The translations under genes were made by a program, and so were the position numbers. A stretch of DNA of 64,000 bases from the human T2T-CHM13v2.0 reference genome, Homo sapiens: the NCBI RefSeq assembly GCF_009914755.1, contig NC_060943.1. One strand, 5' to 3'. This document shows positions 23,416 to 48,255 of the stretch, piece after piece. Each line of letters starts with the position of its first letter. Position 1 is the first letter of the stretch. The notes under the pieces were generated by a model. The model ran no database searches. It was given only the letters and a program-made list of their open reading frames with translations, and was not told the DNA's origin.

Positions 23416-25294
23416 TGAGACCCACCCGGATGGAAGCAGAGAGGCCCTGGGAGGTGGGGGGGATGAGGCTTTAGTGCCGGCCTCCCCCCAACTCTATTTC
23501 AGGCACCCCCACCCCACCCCCAACCATCTGCCACTCACATCAAGTAGTAGTCAGCCGGCCCCTTAATCAGCAGTTACTCCGCTGGCGCCGCCCCCCGCCC
23601 CCCACCCCAGGGCCCTACCAGGGCCAAAGCTGTCACCTCCAAGGCCACCGAGCTTGGGTGCCCCAGACTCCCTGCTGCCAGGGCCTTAAGGGGGTGTCCT
23701 TGGGGCCAGCTGTGGGCCCAGCTAGGGCCTGGGGGAGAAGCAGGCTGAAGAGGCCAGACAGGATCCACCCTGCACATTCTGGGGGAGCTGCGGGCTCCCG
23801 AGAAATGGCCTTGTCTCCTCTCTGCCCCCGTTAAGCTTCTGCAGCATTCAACGAGGTCGAGAAACCACTGAGCTTCCGGGAGGACGAGGGCCCAGCCCCC
23901 TCCAAGGTAGGGGAGGGGGTGACAAGGTGGGGGTCCAGCGGCTCTCCAAGCAGGGAACCCGTGAGGTGCAGTCAATCCAAACAGGGCTCATTGAGGACAT
24001 GGCCTGTAAGTTCTCCCCTAAAGGGACCTTCAAACTATGAAACCCCAGAGAGGGGCGGGAGACCCCAGGACAGCCAGGGGTTGGGGTGGGGAGGGGGCCG
24101 GAGGGAGGGAGCCCCCACCTCCGTCCTCGCCATTCGCCTCCCCCCACTGAGGGAGCCACAGCTGTGGCCACATCATCGCAAGACACACATGCATTGTTGG
24201 GGTCACCCGGCCTGCGGCGGGATCCCCGGCTCTGTCCCCTTAGATAAGGAGAAGCAGTGAGCAGGCCCAGCCCCCAAACAGCTCAGCCGCTGCCTCCTCC
24301 TCCTCTTCCTCCTCCTCCCCACAGCCATCTTCCCTGCTCCTTAGGCAGGGCTGGGCCTGGGCTGTCCTGGAGGCCACCGAACCGCCTGGGACAAGTAGGT
24401 ACCACCCCGGATCTGTGCTTCGGACGTCCTTTGAGGGGGGATCTCATTTCACCACTGTTCTGTGTCTGACTTCCGGCCGCCGAGCGGGGGCCCGTGTTCT
24501 GCACGAGGCTGACCAGGGGGACGGGGGGAGAGATGGTTTTGGTACTTACTTTTCTTTTTGTCTCACAACAGGGGGGTTAAGGTTCTCGGGGGCTGAAGGA
24601 GCCGCTTGGGGCTGGCAGGCCTGGCTTTATAGCGGCTGTCACCCTGGACCTGGGCAAAGGCACCGTGGTTATTAATAGTGACCGCAGTTTCATGCCCGTG
24701 TATGGTCAAGGCCACGGCAGCTGCGGGCTCTGCTGGACTCAGGCCTCCTCCCAACACCTGCTCCAGGCCCTGACCTGGAGGCGCCAGGCAGCGCTCGCCC
24801 CACCCAACGCGACTTGGCAATGACTAAGTCTGAGACCCTAGAATCAAACAAGACTCATAGTTGGGGGCCCTCCAGAGGGTGCCAGGCCCCGCTGCAGCCC
24901 TTCCTTCCGCCCTCACCACCATCTTGGGAGGCAGATGGAATCGCTGTCCCCTGGGGAGGGGGAAATGGCAGAGAGGCAGCACCGTTTACCAGGAGCAGAG
25001 CCAGGATGTGCTTCAACCCAGGACACATTTTGCAGACAGTGTGTAACTAAATCCAAGCTGCGGCGCAAAGCCTCAAATGCGTGTTCTGTGTCCTGTGCTG
25101 CCTTTGCTCAGCCTGGGGAAACCGGGAGGGCCCCGATGGCCTCCTCTGCTCCTGCAGGTGCGTCCCCTAGGCAAAGAGCCCTCCATCCTCAGAGGGGGCT
25201 GGGCAGGGTCCTGCTTCTCCTTGAGTCACTTCTGTTCCCTGCTAGCCCTGGAACTCTTCTGCTTTCCTCTTCTCCCCTTCTCCTCTTCTTTTCT

Positions 25295-31336
<6,042 letters not shown>

Positions 31337-31722
31337 CTAGCAGCTGAGCTGAGCCGCTCCCCCTCCAGGGCCACCTGCATGTGGCTCCAGACGGGGCAGG
31401 GGCTCCCACGTGGGACACAGCAGCATCCCGTAAGGCGCAAAGGGACAGGAAACGCTTCTGATCCACCTCAGCTGCCCAGAGCTTCCACCTCATTGCAATC
31501 AAAACACTCGGGGCAGCTGAGACCAAGATCCGGCAGCTCCCAGGACACCGTGAAGGTCTGCGAGGACCCCCGGTTTGTGCCCTCCTTCCTGAGCACAGCG
31601 GCAGGCATGGAACACAGAGAGAAACATGAACGCCGCGGAGGGCATATCCCCGGTGGCCAAGGGCTGGCTGTCCCCTGCCAAGGCCTGAGGCACACAACAC
31701 CCGCGTATCTGGAAGCCAGTAT

Positions 31723-31728
31723 TTTATT
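31723..31728 (-). terminator. DAPK3 poly(A) signal
   Basis: TTTATT on + (AATAAA on -), ~630 nt after the stop, followed by GT-rich GGGTGTTGTGTG. Confidence 0.85.
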
Positions 31729-32353
31729 TCTCTTGGCTGCAGAGGGCCGCTCTTGCCTAGGCGTCCACAGGCGCGACGATGGGGCTCGCGGAGGAGTCCG
31801 CAGCAGGGCACCCCACACCCGGGGGACCGGCCTCGGCGAGAAGGGCACACAGTGGAAGACCCCACCAAGCCCGGCGCCACCCAGCAGCGTGGGGACTGCC
31901 TGTCCGCCGTCCATCCCACCCTCCCCGTCCCACGACCTCCTCCTGGGCTAATGGCAGCAACAGGCAGCACCCCGCCGAATTGTCCGTGCAACTACCCGCA
32001 AACCCTCCTCCGGGCCTGAACCAGGGCTGCATTCGGGCCGCCTCTGCGCCTCGGTGGGTCCCAACCCTCACGGTGCCACAGGCCACGCTGCCTGGAGGGT
32101 CCCAGGGTCACCGACGATGCAGGGGTGAAGGTGAAGGCCAGCGTAGAGGCTGTGTAGAGAAGCAGCCCCGTCCCACACCCACCCCTGCCTGCGAACTTAC
32201 GGGCCTGGCTCCAGCTCCTCCCACTCCGCCTCCAGCCTGGTGGCGCTGGGCAAGGACAGGCACCCGGGCGATGGGAGGCGCAGCGTCCACAGGAAGCGCC
32301 CCCACCGCAGGCCGAGCTCCGGCTGTCCTGGGGCCTGGCCCACCCCACTGCGC

Positions 32354-32890
32354 CTAGCGCAGCCCGCACTCCACGCCCTGCAGCTTCTCCTGCTCCAGGG
32401 CGCGCACGAGGTCCTGCACGAAGCGCATCTCGGAGGCTACTTGCTTGGCCAGCGCCTCGTAGCGGTTCTCCAGGCGGCTGAAGCGGCGCTTGAGGCCGCT
32501 GGTCCCCAGCAGCGCGCCCTTGGCCTCCTCCTGCGCCTGCCGCTTGAGCGCCTCGGTCTTGAGCAGCTCCTGCCGTAGCCTCCGCAGGTCCTGGCCCAGG
32601 CTGTCGCTCTCCTCGCGGTACCAGGCCTCCTTCTCCTCGTAGATGGCGGCCAGCGCCTCCACGTCCTCGTGGCAGAGCCGCCGGCTGCGCTGCAGCTCGC
32701 GCAGGCCCTCCTCGGCGGCCGCCGCCTCCTCCAGCACCTTGGAGAAGCGCTCGAAGTCGGCGTAGCTGTTGTTGGGCGGCAAGCTGGAGTGCGACTTGAT
32801 GGTGTACTCCTTCAGACGCGTGGTCTTCAGGCGCCGCCGCTCGGGCTTGCGGCCGCTGTCCTCACCACGCACGTTCCGCCGCCGGATCGC
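32354..32890 (-). CDS. DAPK3: Death-associated protein kinase 3 (ZIPK), last exon: AIRRRNVRGED...coiled coil/leucine zipper...ECGLR*
   Basis: CCTAG acceptor, TAG at 32356-32354; total CDS 1365 nt = 454 aa. Confidence 0.97.
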   Translation of the reverse strand, partial: AIRRRNVRGEDSGRKPERRRLKTTRLKEYTIKSHSSLPPNNSYADFERFSKVLEEAAAAEEGLRELQRSRRLCHEDVEALAAIYEEKEAWYREESDSLGQDLRRLRQELLKTEALKRQAQEEAKGALLGTSGLKRRFSRLENRYEALAKQVASEMRFVQDLVRALEQEKLQGVECGLR

Positions 32891-33311
32891 CTAGGAAGGA
32901 GGGAAGCCTGAGCGGGGTCCCCGCGATGCCACCCAGCCCCGCCAGCCCCCACCTGCCAGTGTGAACTGAGGTTCAGGGGCTCATCCGGCAGCAGAGTCAA
33001 CGCCTCGTGACGGAGACTGCCCAGCCCGACGCAAAGCCGAGAGTGCTCTCTCGAGAAAAACGCTGCGGCCCTGGCCCCAGGAGTCAGCCCCGTTGGACAC
33101 ACACCAGCCAAGGATGCCACCAGGTCTGTCGGGTGCTGGACATCCCACGCCCAGGACCCAACCCCCGCCACACAGGCTCACTCCTCTGGGGACCCTCCCC
33201 AGCCACTGGGGGTTGTCACATCCACAAGCCTTAAATGCTGAAGGCCCCCCGGGACCCCAGCGAGAAGGCCAAGGCGGGAAGCCCAGGGAGCTCCCCCACC
33301 TCCCCACTTAC

Positions 33312-33357
33312 CTTAATCCAGGAATGTTCCAGGCTCTGGGCAATGGTCATTCTCCGC
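33312..33357 (-). CDS. DAPK3: DAPK3 exon: RRMTIAQSLEHSWIK
   Basis: AG/GTAAGT boundaries; kinase subdomain XI. Confidence 0.95.
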
Positions 33358-33718
33358 CTGGAAGACCCCCGCTCTGGTTAGGTACACCTGCACCATCTGT
33401 CCCGTCCTCCCGTGAACAACTGACTCCCGGGACCCCCAAAAGCCCTAAAGTCGCCCCCCAGCCTCTGCTCAGCCAACCACAGAAGCTGAACAAGGGTACT
33501 GCAGGGAGCGTGGGGTTTTCTGGGGGGTGGTGGAGAGAGCTGAGACCTCAGGCTGGAGTCGCAAACCCAGGCGCCCGAGAGAGGGACTGGGCGGCCATGG
33601 AGGCCCGGGGAGGCCTACGAGTGAGGGCTCAGCACTGCCAGAATTCTAAGTGTTTACAGGAAAACAAGTGACCTGGAATTTTACATGGATCCTTACTTTA
33701 CACACCGGCAACTAATTA

Positions 33719-34054
<336 letters not shown>

Positions 34055-34114
34055 TCAAAAAAAAAAAAAAAAAAAAAACCATGGCAATGGCCAGCTTGGG
34101 CCACCAGTTTATCA

Positions 34115-34552
<438 letters not shown>

Positions 34553-34667
34553 TTAGAACCTTCCTGCAACGATCCCAGACACCACCCAAGAGGCATTCAA
34601 AATCCACCCCCCCACCCCGCCACTGACAGCAGCAGAAATGAACAGGCAGAAGTCTCCTTGGAGACTC

Positions 34668-34766
34668 GAAGTATCTGTGCAGACGCAGAGCCCGAAAGCC
34701 CCCAGTGCTCAGTAACGCCGAGGGGAGGGTAACTGCAGTGGGGAGCCCGAGCCAACACCTTAGCCA
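34668..34766 (-). ncRNA. MIR637: Intronic pre-miRNA mir-637 (mature ~34706-34683, ACUGGGGGCUUUCGGGCUCUGCGU)
   Basis: Recognised sequence. Hairpin arms GCUCGGGCUCCCCACUGCAGUUAC / GUUACUGAGCACUGGGGGCUUUCGGGC in a DAPK3 intron. Confidence 0.85.
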
Positions 34767-35828
34767 AAGGATCAAGGTCAACAGCCCGGCAGTGAGAGGC
34801 CCCAACAGCGTCTGCCTCCCAGCCTGACGCTGGGAGGGTGACACAGCATCATCCCTGGGGTTTTGAGCAGAGACACTGAAGCCCCGTCTGATCGTCTGAT
34901 CGTGACAGCGCACGAGACTAAACGTGGACTCAGACGCCTTCTGCAAAACACCTGACCCGTGAGCACAAGTCAGGGTCAAGGTCATGAAAGCCAGACAGAG
35001 GAACAGCCTCAGACTGGAGGCGGCGAAGGAGCTGAATGGCTAAATGCCGTGTGGGGACCTCAGAGAGGACAGGAGTGGAAAACGGGGGTGTCTAACCACC
35101 TCTGGCACTTTAAATTTTTTAAATTTTTTAGAGACGGAGTCTCGCTCTGTCACCCAGGCTGGAGTGCAGTAGCGCGATCTCGGCTCACTGCAAACTCCAT
35201 CTCCTGGGTTCATGCCATTCTCCTGCCTCAGCCTCCTGAGTAGCTGGGACTACAGGCACCCGCTGCCACACCCAGCTAATTTTTGTATTTTTAGTAGAGA
35301 CATGGTTTCATCGTGTTAGCCAGGATGGTCTCAATGCCCTGACCTCGTGATCTGCCCTCCTCAGCCTCCCAAAGTGCTGAGATTACAGGCGTGAGCCATC
35401 GCACCCGGCCCATCTAGCACTTTTGTGATTAGCGTAGCACCAAGGCTAACGTCTTGGTGTTCATAACGTTCGTGTTCATGAAAAATGTAAACTGAAGGAG
35501 GAGGAAGCTGCAGGGGGCGTCTGTGCTGTTTCTGTTGCTCCTTTGTAAGTCTGAATTATCTGAACATTTAAAAAGAATACAAACGGTCTAGCCCATCTCC
35601 TGAAGCCTTTGGGTCCGCTCACGCGCTACAGCGGGCTGGGCCCACGCCATTGTTTATTTCCTTGCTTACTGAATGAGCTATGCCCATTCAATATGGCTGG
35701 GCAACACAGTGAAACTCCACCTCTACAAAAACTTTTAAAAATTAGCCAGCTGGGCACGGTGGCTCACACCTGTCATCCCAGCATTCTGGGAGGCCAAGGC
35801 GGCCGGATCACTTGAGGTCTGGAGTTCA

Positions 35829-36068
<240 letters not shown>

Positions 36069-36171
36069 TTAGCCAGCTGGGTGCAGCGGCCCACGCCTGT
36101 AATCCCAGCACTTTGGGAAGCCGAGGCAGGCAGATCACCTGAGGTCAGGAGTTCAAAACCAGCCTTGATCA

Positions 36172-36357
<186 letters not shown>

Positions 36358-36896
36358 TCAAAAAAAAAAAAAGTCCGAGCATGGGAGCATGGTTGTGTGC
36401 ACATGTAGTCCCAGGTACTCAGGAGGCTGAGGTGGGAGGATTGCTTAAGTCTGGGAGGTGGAGGCTGCAGTGAGCTAGGACAGCACTCCAGCCTGGGCAA
36501 GAGAGTAAGACCCCGTCTCAACAAATAAAAATAATAAACAACAGCAGGCCCACGTGTGGCCCAGGGACAGGAGCCAAAACCCAGCGTGGGGTCGGACCCC
36601 TTCCTTGCACTTCGAGAGGAGGCTGGGCTCCCTAGCAGCCAGAGGGACAGGAGCACACACGACCCCCAACCCGGAGCCTGCTCAGCCGCTCTGTGAGTGT
36701 CCTCCTTCAGAACTCTCCAGAAGCCTCTGTGACAGCAGCCACAGAGAATCACTCATCCGTTCACCCGGTATCCCCTGAGTACCCGCGATGGGTCACAGCC
36801 AGGCTGGGGACCCCTGGCGTCCACATGAGACACACGGAGCCGGGGACCCATGCCAGCTGTGTTGCACAGCCGAGGGGGCCCCCGCCAGGTACTCAC

Positions 36897-36923
36897 AGGA
36901 TATAGGTGATGACACCGATGCTC
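36897..36923 (-). CDS. DAPK3: DAPK3 27-nt micro-exon: (W)SIGVITYI(L)
   Basis: CCCAG acceptor, GTGAGT donor; kinase subdomain IX. Confidence 0.93.
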
Positions 36924-37124
36924 CTGGGGACAGACAAGAGGCAAGGGTCAGCGCAGCGTGGGGCCGCCCACCCTCCCAGAACCGTGGCGTCCAGCGCCCC
37001 TGTTCTAGGGCAACGGTCCCCCCATACCCCAACAGCAGCAAGGCCCCGCTTCATCCCCAGCTGCAGCACTGGCCTGCGCTCCAGGAATGCAGGGAGGCCC
37101 GGTGGGAGCAGGTGGTACACTCAC

Positions 37125-37173
37125 CACATGTCCGCCTCCAGGCCCAGCGGCTCATAGTTCACAATCTCTGGGG
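37125..37173 (-). CDS. DAPK3: DAPK3 exon: (A)PEIVNYEPLGLEADM(W)
   Basis: APE motif; CTGCAG/GTGAGT. Confidence 0.95.
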
Positions 37174-37390
37174 CTGCAGAACAGGGAGATGTGGGTCAGG
37201 CACTGGGGACATGCTGGCCAAGGAAGAGGCTCAAGACACAGGCATGGGGTCAAGGTTCTCACATGTCGCAGCCCTTGGGGGCATGAATGCGGCAGAGCTG
37301 GCCCTCAGGGCCTGACGGGTAGGACAGCGGGGCTGCACCAAATGGAGGCCCAGACCTCCCGCAAAGCCGGGCCCAAGAGGGGTGGCTTCA

Positions 37391-38316
<926 letters not shown>

Positions 38317-38669
38317 TCACCTCCACTTGCTCCTCTTGGGCGCGGCCCTGCACCAGGCACTTGAAGGACATGAGCTGGCCACTGCGGGGGTGCAGACTCT
38401 GCGCCTTCTCAGAGAGCAATTCCTTAGCGCCCCACACCATCAGACGCGGCGTTCCCACCCCTCCCAGGGCTATGCCCAGCAGGTGTGTGGAGGGGAGTGC
38501 AGAGCCACACGTTAACACCATGGCACCGGCGTATTTTTGAAAAGTGAAAGAATGAACAGTTCAATGCATATCAAGAGGGAACTGAGGGGGCCAGGCGCGG
38601 TGGCTCACGCCTGTAATCCCAGCACTTTGGGAGTTCGAGGAGGGCAGATAACTTGAGCTGAGGAGTTCA

Positions 38670-38994
<325 letters not shown>

Positions 38995-40709
38995 TCACTG
39001 CAGCCTTGACCTCCTGGGCTCGGGCAATCCTCCTGCCTCAGCCTCTCAAGCAGCTGGGACTACAGGCACATACCACCACACCCAATTAATTTTTTTTTCT
39101 TTTTGTAAGGATGAGGTCTCACTATGTTGCCCACGCTGGTCTCGAACTCCTGGGCTCAAGTGATCCCTCCCAAGTAGGTGGGACTACAGGAACACACTAC
39201 CACACCTGATTTATTTATTTTTTGTAGAGACAGGGTCTTGCCGTATTGCCCAGGCTGCTTTGGAACTCCTGGCCTCAAGAGATCCTCCCACTCCCCCACC
39301 CCAAGTGTTGGCAGTACAGGTGGAGCCGCTACATCTGGCCAGTATCCGCATTTTAAAGAAACCAAGGCTGAGAAAAGGAAAGCAACTAGCCCAAGGTCAT
39401 GCAGTCAGTCAGTGGCGGGAGGATTCAAACCTTCAAACCAGGTGCTGCAGGCTCCAGAGCCCAGGTGCTCTAACAGGAAGCAGACAGCTGCTGCTGGGTA
39501 CCGGGTTCCTGCGTGCCTACCTCCCGGCTCCACGCTGTCTCCTGCTAACAGACCCAGCTGTCCCAGGGCAGCCTTTGCCGCTCACTCTCAGTCTGTGGGA
39601 CTCAGTGGCCCAGGAAAGGGGTGGAAGGGGACACGACTGGACCTGGGCAAGCAGAAAACCACGCCTTCCAGCCCAAAGAGACCGGTCCAGTCCACAGGGC
39701 TCTGAACGCCTGCTGGGAAGAGAGGATCTCTCTCTCCCTCTGCTGGGCTTGGATCCAGGCTCGCGGCAGGGGCCACCACATAGAAGGCTACCTAAGAAGC
39801 CTGCCTAAGAACAGACCAGGCCAGGAGAGGGGAGCCACCAGGCACTGCGGGTGGCACATAAGCCCCGTCATTCACTCTGCCAGGGCGCCTCCTCCATGCT
39901 GGAGTGGACTTCGGCCCCGGGGACACAGGGCACCATATGCACCAGCACCCAGTCACACCTGCGGCCGCTGCACACCTGGACAACCTGGTTCTGTAAACCA
40001 CGCCTTTCCCTGTTTTGCTATTGCCAACCAGATTTCAGGTTCTGCCACTGAGTCCTCCTACAGCAACAGCAGACCACAGCCGCCCACCTCCAGACAGCCC
40101 CCGGTCTCACTGGCCACAGACTTGCTCCTTAGAGGCAAGGCCACTGGCAGGCTCTCAGTTCCTCTACGGAATGTGAAACGTGCCTCATCTCCCCAGCCGG
40201 GAAAGAAACTCCCCAAGAGCTGAGCCCACCCTCTTCGCTTCTCTGTAACTTCCCCAGCCCCCAGTGCAGGTGGGGGCACAGCAAGCCCTCCTCAGTGATG
40301 GTCTCAGGTGTCACTCCCAACCCACTTCCTAAGTGCCTGCCACAACCCAGACACGACCCAAGCGTGGCCTACACACCGACAATTTCTACTGATAGAGTTC
40401 ATGATGTTTAAAAATGCGGGCTGGGAAGCCGGGCACAGTGGCTCACGCCTGTAATCCCAGCACTTTGGGAGGCAAAAGCGTGCAGATCACGATGTCAGGA
40501 GTTCAAGACTAGCCTGACCAACATAGTGAAAGCCACGTCTCTACTAAAAATACAAACATTAGCCGGGCGTGCTGGCAGGCATCTATAATCCCAGCTACTC
40601 GGGAGGCTGAGGCAAGGAGAATCGCTTGAACCTGGGAGACGGAGGTTGCAGTGAGCTGAGATTGCGGCATTGCACTCCAGCCCGGGCGACACTGCAAGAC
40701 TCCGTCTCA

Positions 40710-41030
<321 letters not shown>

Positions 41031-42412
41031 CTACATTCTGGGCCTTCATCTTGCACTTCATGTATCTCTGAGAATGTTCCAGACCACTACCTGAAGCAGT
41101 GCCGTCAGAACAGCAGACACTGGCCACCCAGAGCTGTCAAACCCGTGAGGTGTGGCCAGTCCCGAGAAAAACTGCGACATGAAATACACACCAGACCTCC
41201 AAGGCTTCACGGCAAAAACAGAAGGCTAAATACTTTTTTTAAAATTATGAATTTCTGTTTGTTTGAGAGATGGGGGTCAACTTATGTTGCCCAGGCTAGT
41301 CTTGAAGTCCTGGGCTCAAGCGATCCTCCCGCCTTGGCCTCCCAAAGCGCTAGAATTACAGGCGGAAGCCGCCGCACCTGGCCCTGCCTGGTTCTTTTTA
41401 CAAGCTGCATCCTATTCCAGCCCTGATGCAGTGGTTTGGGGAAGGCCATTTAAGAGGCTGCTGTTCCCAGCGGGGTGCGGTGGCTCACGCCTGTGATCCC
41501 AGCACTTTGGGAGGCCGAGGCAGGTGAATCACCTGAGGTCAGTAGTTCGAGACCAGCCTGGCCAACATGGTGAAATCCTGTCTCTACTAAAAATACAAAA
41601 ATTAGCCAGGGGTGGTGGCGGGCTCCTGTAATCCCAGCTACTCGGGAGGCTAGGCTGGAGGCCGAGGCTGCAATGAGTCGAGATCGCATCACTGCACTCC
41701 AGCCTGGGCGACAGAATGAGATAGTGTCAAGGAAAAAAAAAAAAGGCTGTTATTCTGGTAAACGTTCTAGCAACTACCCCAGTCTTAAGTCATTCCATCC
41801 ATGTATGTACAGTTTTCCAATGAATTAATTCCTAGAGGTGAAATCGGCGAGTTAAAAGAAATGTGGCTGAATTTTGCTGACTTTTGCCAAACGACCCCTA
41901 GCAGGAGGGGTCAACACTGAAGCATGAGAAGGGGGAGGAGGGAGCATGCTTTCTCTGCCACTAACGAGGAAATTCCTGAAGGAGGGACCTCAGGATCCCA
42001 AAAGAGCCTGCAGCACTCTCCCTAGCCTGACACAGAGCTCACTTATTTACATTCCCTTCTGGTGACATCATGGGGAGGCTCCAGGGAGGCTGGCCAGTAG
42101 CAAACTCACCAAATAAGGCTGGAGGCTCTACAAAAGGAGGCAGGGCCTAGTGGTGCCTGGCTAGTCTGGAGGGGGTGGGGCCCCAGGGGGACCCTCCAAG
42201 GCCCAGACAGGCAGGAAATCAGCTGCCTCCCTGGAAGAGGAAACCTCTGCTTTTTCCCACAAGCATGTTAAACAATTGACCGAGGTTTGGGCCCAGCTGG
42301 GAGACACGCCCCTCCCTCCCCCCACTTTAAACATCCAAGAGCTGGGCAAAAAAACTAAAGTGCCTCCCACAAAAGAGGATTAACACAGGGAGATTTTTTT
42401 TTTTTTAAATAA

Positions 42413-42805
<393 letters not shown>

Positions 42806-42929
42806 TGATACTGACTCATTCCTTCTCAGCATACAGGATAAAGAACAGGAAAGGAGAGCTGCTGTTCAGAAAACCCCACAGCGCCTCTCTCCTATCCCTG
42901 GAGCCCAGCCGTGCGGGCAGACAGCTCAC

Positions 42930-42991
42930 CTGCCCAGCTCCTCCCCCATCTCATAATGGTCCTCCACGTCCTCCTGCCTGAACGTGGACAT
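42930..42991 (-). CDS. DAPK3: DAPK3 first coding segment: MSTFRQEDVEDHYEMGEELG(S). The full exon spans 43085-42930.
   Basis: Kozak GCCGCCATG, GTGAGC donor; polypyrimidine acceptor at 43087-43086. Confidence 0.95.
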
Positions 42992-43999
42992 GGCGGCCGG
43001 TCCGCCTTCCAGCAGCTTCCACTCCAGGGAAAGTGCAGTCACCGCAGCCTGGAGATAGGACCTCAGGAGTCCCCTAATGGCAACCCTGGAGAAGACAGGG
43101 AAAGACAGAAGTGAGGAACTGAGACACCACCCTTTTCTCCTAGATTAATGGACAGACCTGTCCAGCAAACACAAGCCTCCCACCTCTCCACTCTGAAGCT
43201 CCAAACTCGACAAAAAGAGGTGCTGTGTTTACTGGGCTGGGTCCTGTCATGTCACCTCTTAGAGCCCCATAACCACTCAAAAGTTTGGTAACAGCCCCAC
43301 TGGGCCACCTTCACCCCGCAAAACTCTCTCCAGACACATAATTCTGATTTCCCCGACGCTGCCTGCGTCTTTTTTTGCCTCTCACTCCTAGACTTCTCTC
43401 AACCTGCTCAGCCAAAATCCCCCACCATTCCTGCACGTTCTCCTCAACCTCAAATCCCAGGGCTACCTTACTCCCTGGCCAATGTCTTAACGAAGTTCTC
43501 AAGTCTACTTCTTTTGTTGTTGGTGTTGTTGTTTTTTGAGAAGGAGTCTCGCTCTGTCGCCCTGGCTGGAGTGCAGTGGTGCAATCATGGCTCACTGCAG
43601 CCTGGAACTCCAAGGCTCAAGCGATCGTCCCAGGCCTCCCAAAGTGCTGCCATTCCGATCAAAATTCCCAAGTTACTACCTTAACCCCTCCTGGTCCTTG
43701 CCCTCGGCAGGTCTCTTAAGACCCTCATCGATGGAACACCCCCGCCCACCCCCAACCATCTCTGACTCCCTCCAATTCTGAATTTTCCAAGAACCGGACG
43801 ACGCCTTCCACGCTCCTGAAAGCCCACTTTGCCTCCCTCCCCCGCTGACCTCCACTGTCCTCGCAAGATTAACCTCTTCCTCCACGCTCCATGTATCAAA
43901 GTCCCCCAACCGCCGTCTCCCCTACCCCCCAAAACGGGCCTCCAAAAAGGGCCCCATCTGAGTCTCCTCCACCGTCCTCTGCCCCTTCTCGCCCGCAAT

Positions 44000-44750
44000 C
44001 TCCGCACAAGCCCCTAGGCAGACCCCAGTGGCTCCCTTTGCAGAACCTCCCCCCGCCCCCAAGGCCTTGCCCATCCCTAAGGCTCCGCTCCAGCATCCCT
44101 GGGGCCGCTACGCCCCTCGCACGCCCGGCCGAGCCCTTTCCCCGGCCCGGTCACCCAGATGGGTCCCCAAACCTACCAGCTCCTCAGATTCTCTCCCTCC
44201 CTCGTCCTCCGCGGGCCCCCGAAGCGCCGCTCTGGCCCCACCCAGCCCTCCAGCCTCGGCCCGAGCCCGCTCTTTACCCTCCGCAGCCCGGAGAATACGG
44301 CCGGCGCCGCCGCGCTGGCCACCGCCGCCGCCTCCAGAAGCCCCGCGCCCCTGCCGCCGCGACGCGCCTGCGCCGACGTCACCGCACCCGCCAGTGCCCA
44401 CCCCCGGGAAACGAACCCCGCCGCCTATTGGCCGGTGCGCCCGCCGCTCGTGCCGCACCTCGACGTCCCGCCCCCAGCTGCCTTTTCGGCACCCACACCC
44501 GGATGCAGCCTCACCACTGGCTGAACACTCGCCATCCCTGATTTCATTGGCTGCAGTCGACGCTGGTCAAGCGGACGGAAAAAAGGCCGACTTCCGGTCC
44601 CTTCATCGCCCCGCCCGCCTCTCCTCTGACCCAGGTGCTGAAGCTGCGAGAAGTGAGGCTGAAGCCCTGCATCCCGCTTCCTGCCTTCCTGGAGCACCGG
44701 TTGGGCGAATGGATGGCTCACCTGTGGCCGAGCGCGCCTGGCAGCTCCTG
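44000..44750 (-). promoter_or_regulatory. DAPK3 CpG-island promoter
   Basis: High CpG density; CCAAT boxes (ATTGG at ~44427 and ~44546), CRE-like TGACGTCG at ~44374-44381, ETS CCGGAAGT at ~44590. Confidence 0.8.
44278..44390 (-). other. DAPK3: Probable non-coding exon 1 of DAPK3 (5' end approximate)
   Basis: Within the CpG island; donor GG|GTAAAG at 44277. Confidence 0.6.
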
Positions 44751-44959
44751 GAGTGGACCCTGGGACTGCTTTAGTCCCTATGTGGCAGTTTCCTCCACTG
44801 AAAACTGTTACCCACATTCTAAATACTTAAAATGCAAATGAGGTCAATCTGGGGTTGTCATACACAGGGTCCCTCTTCGTCTCAAAATAGAGGGTAACAG
44901 CAAGCATTTTATTGAGACATAGTATGTGCCAACTGACAACACTGGGAGGTATCAGGTTT

Positions 44960-47835
<2,876 letters not shown>

Positions 47836-48255
47836 GGGTTTCTAATAAACTAGTCAGGACTGGGGTGACCACAGAAAATCCTGATGGCAGATAGAACTTG
47901 TGAGCTCGTCAGCAATTCGGAAAGTTGCTGAAACCTGCGAAGTTCAATCCAGAGCCCCTCGCTCCACAGGGCCATCCAAATGCGTTCAAAGTGACATCTC
48001 GTAATTCCTTGCCGCACTGATCCTACTTCAAATGCTCAGCAGACCCGCGCAGCTGGCAGCTGCTTCTCTGAATGACACAGGGGTAGGGCATTCCCACCAT
48101 TCCAGAACGTTCCACCTAACACTGAGGCAGCCCCAGGCTGCACCTAACTAGGGCCCGGGTCCCCTTCTAGGCTCCAGGGAGCCCAGTACTGGGCAGCCCC
48201 GCTCCCCTGCGAAGACACCGTGAAAAATGCAGAACAGAGTCACCACCTTATCAAA

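Noticed and set aside
32108-32353. 81-codon open frame after the DAPK3 stop (possible readthrough)
   Set aside because: The context is TAG-G rather than the leaky TGA-CTAG motif, and GC-rich UTRs often stay open by chance.
43891-44817. 200+ aa Pro/Arg/Ala-rich ORFs at the DAPK3 promoter
   Set aside because: Stop-codon depletion typical of CpG islands.
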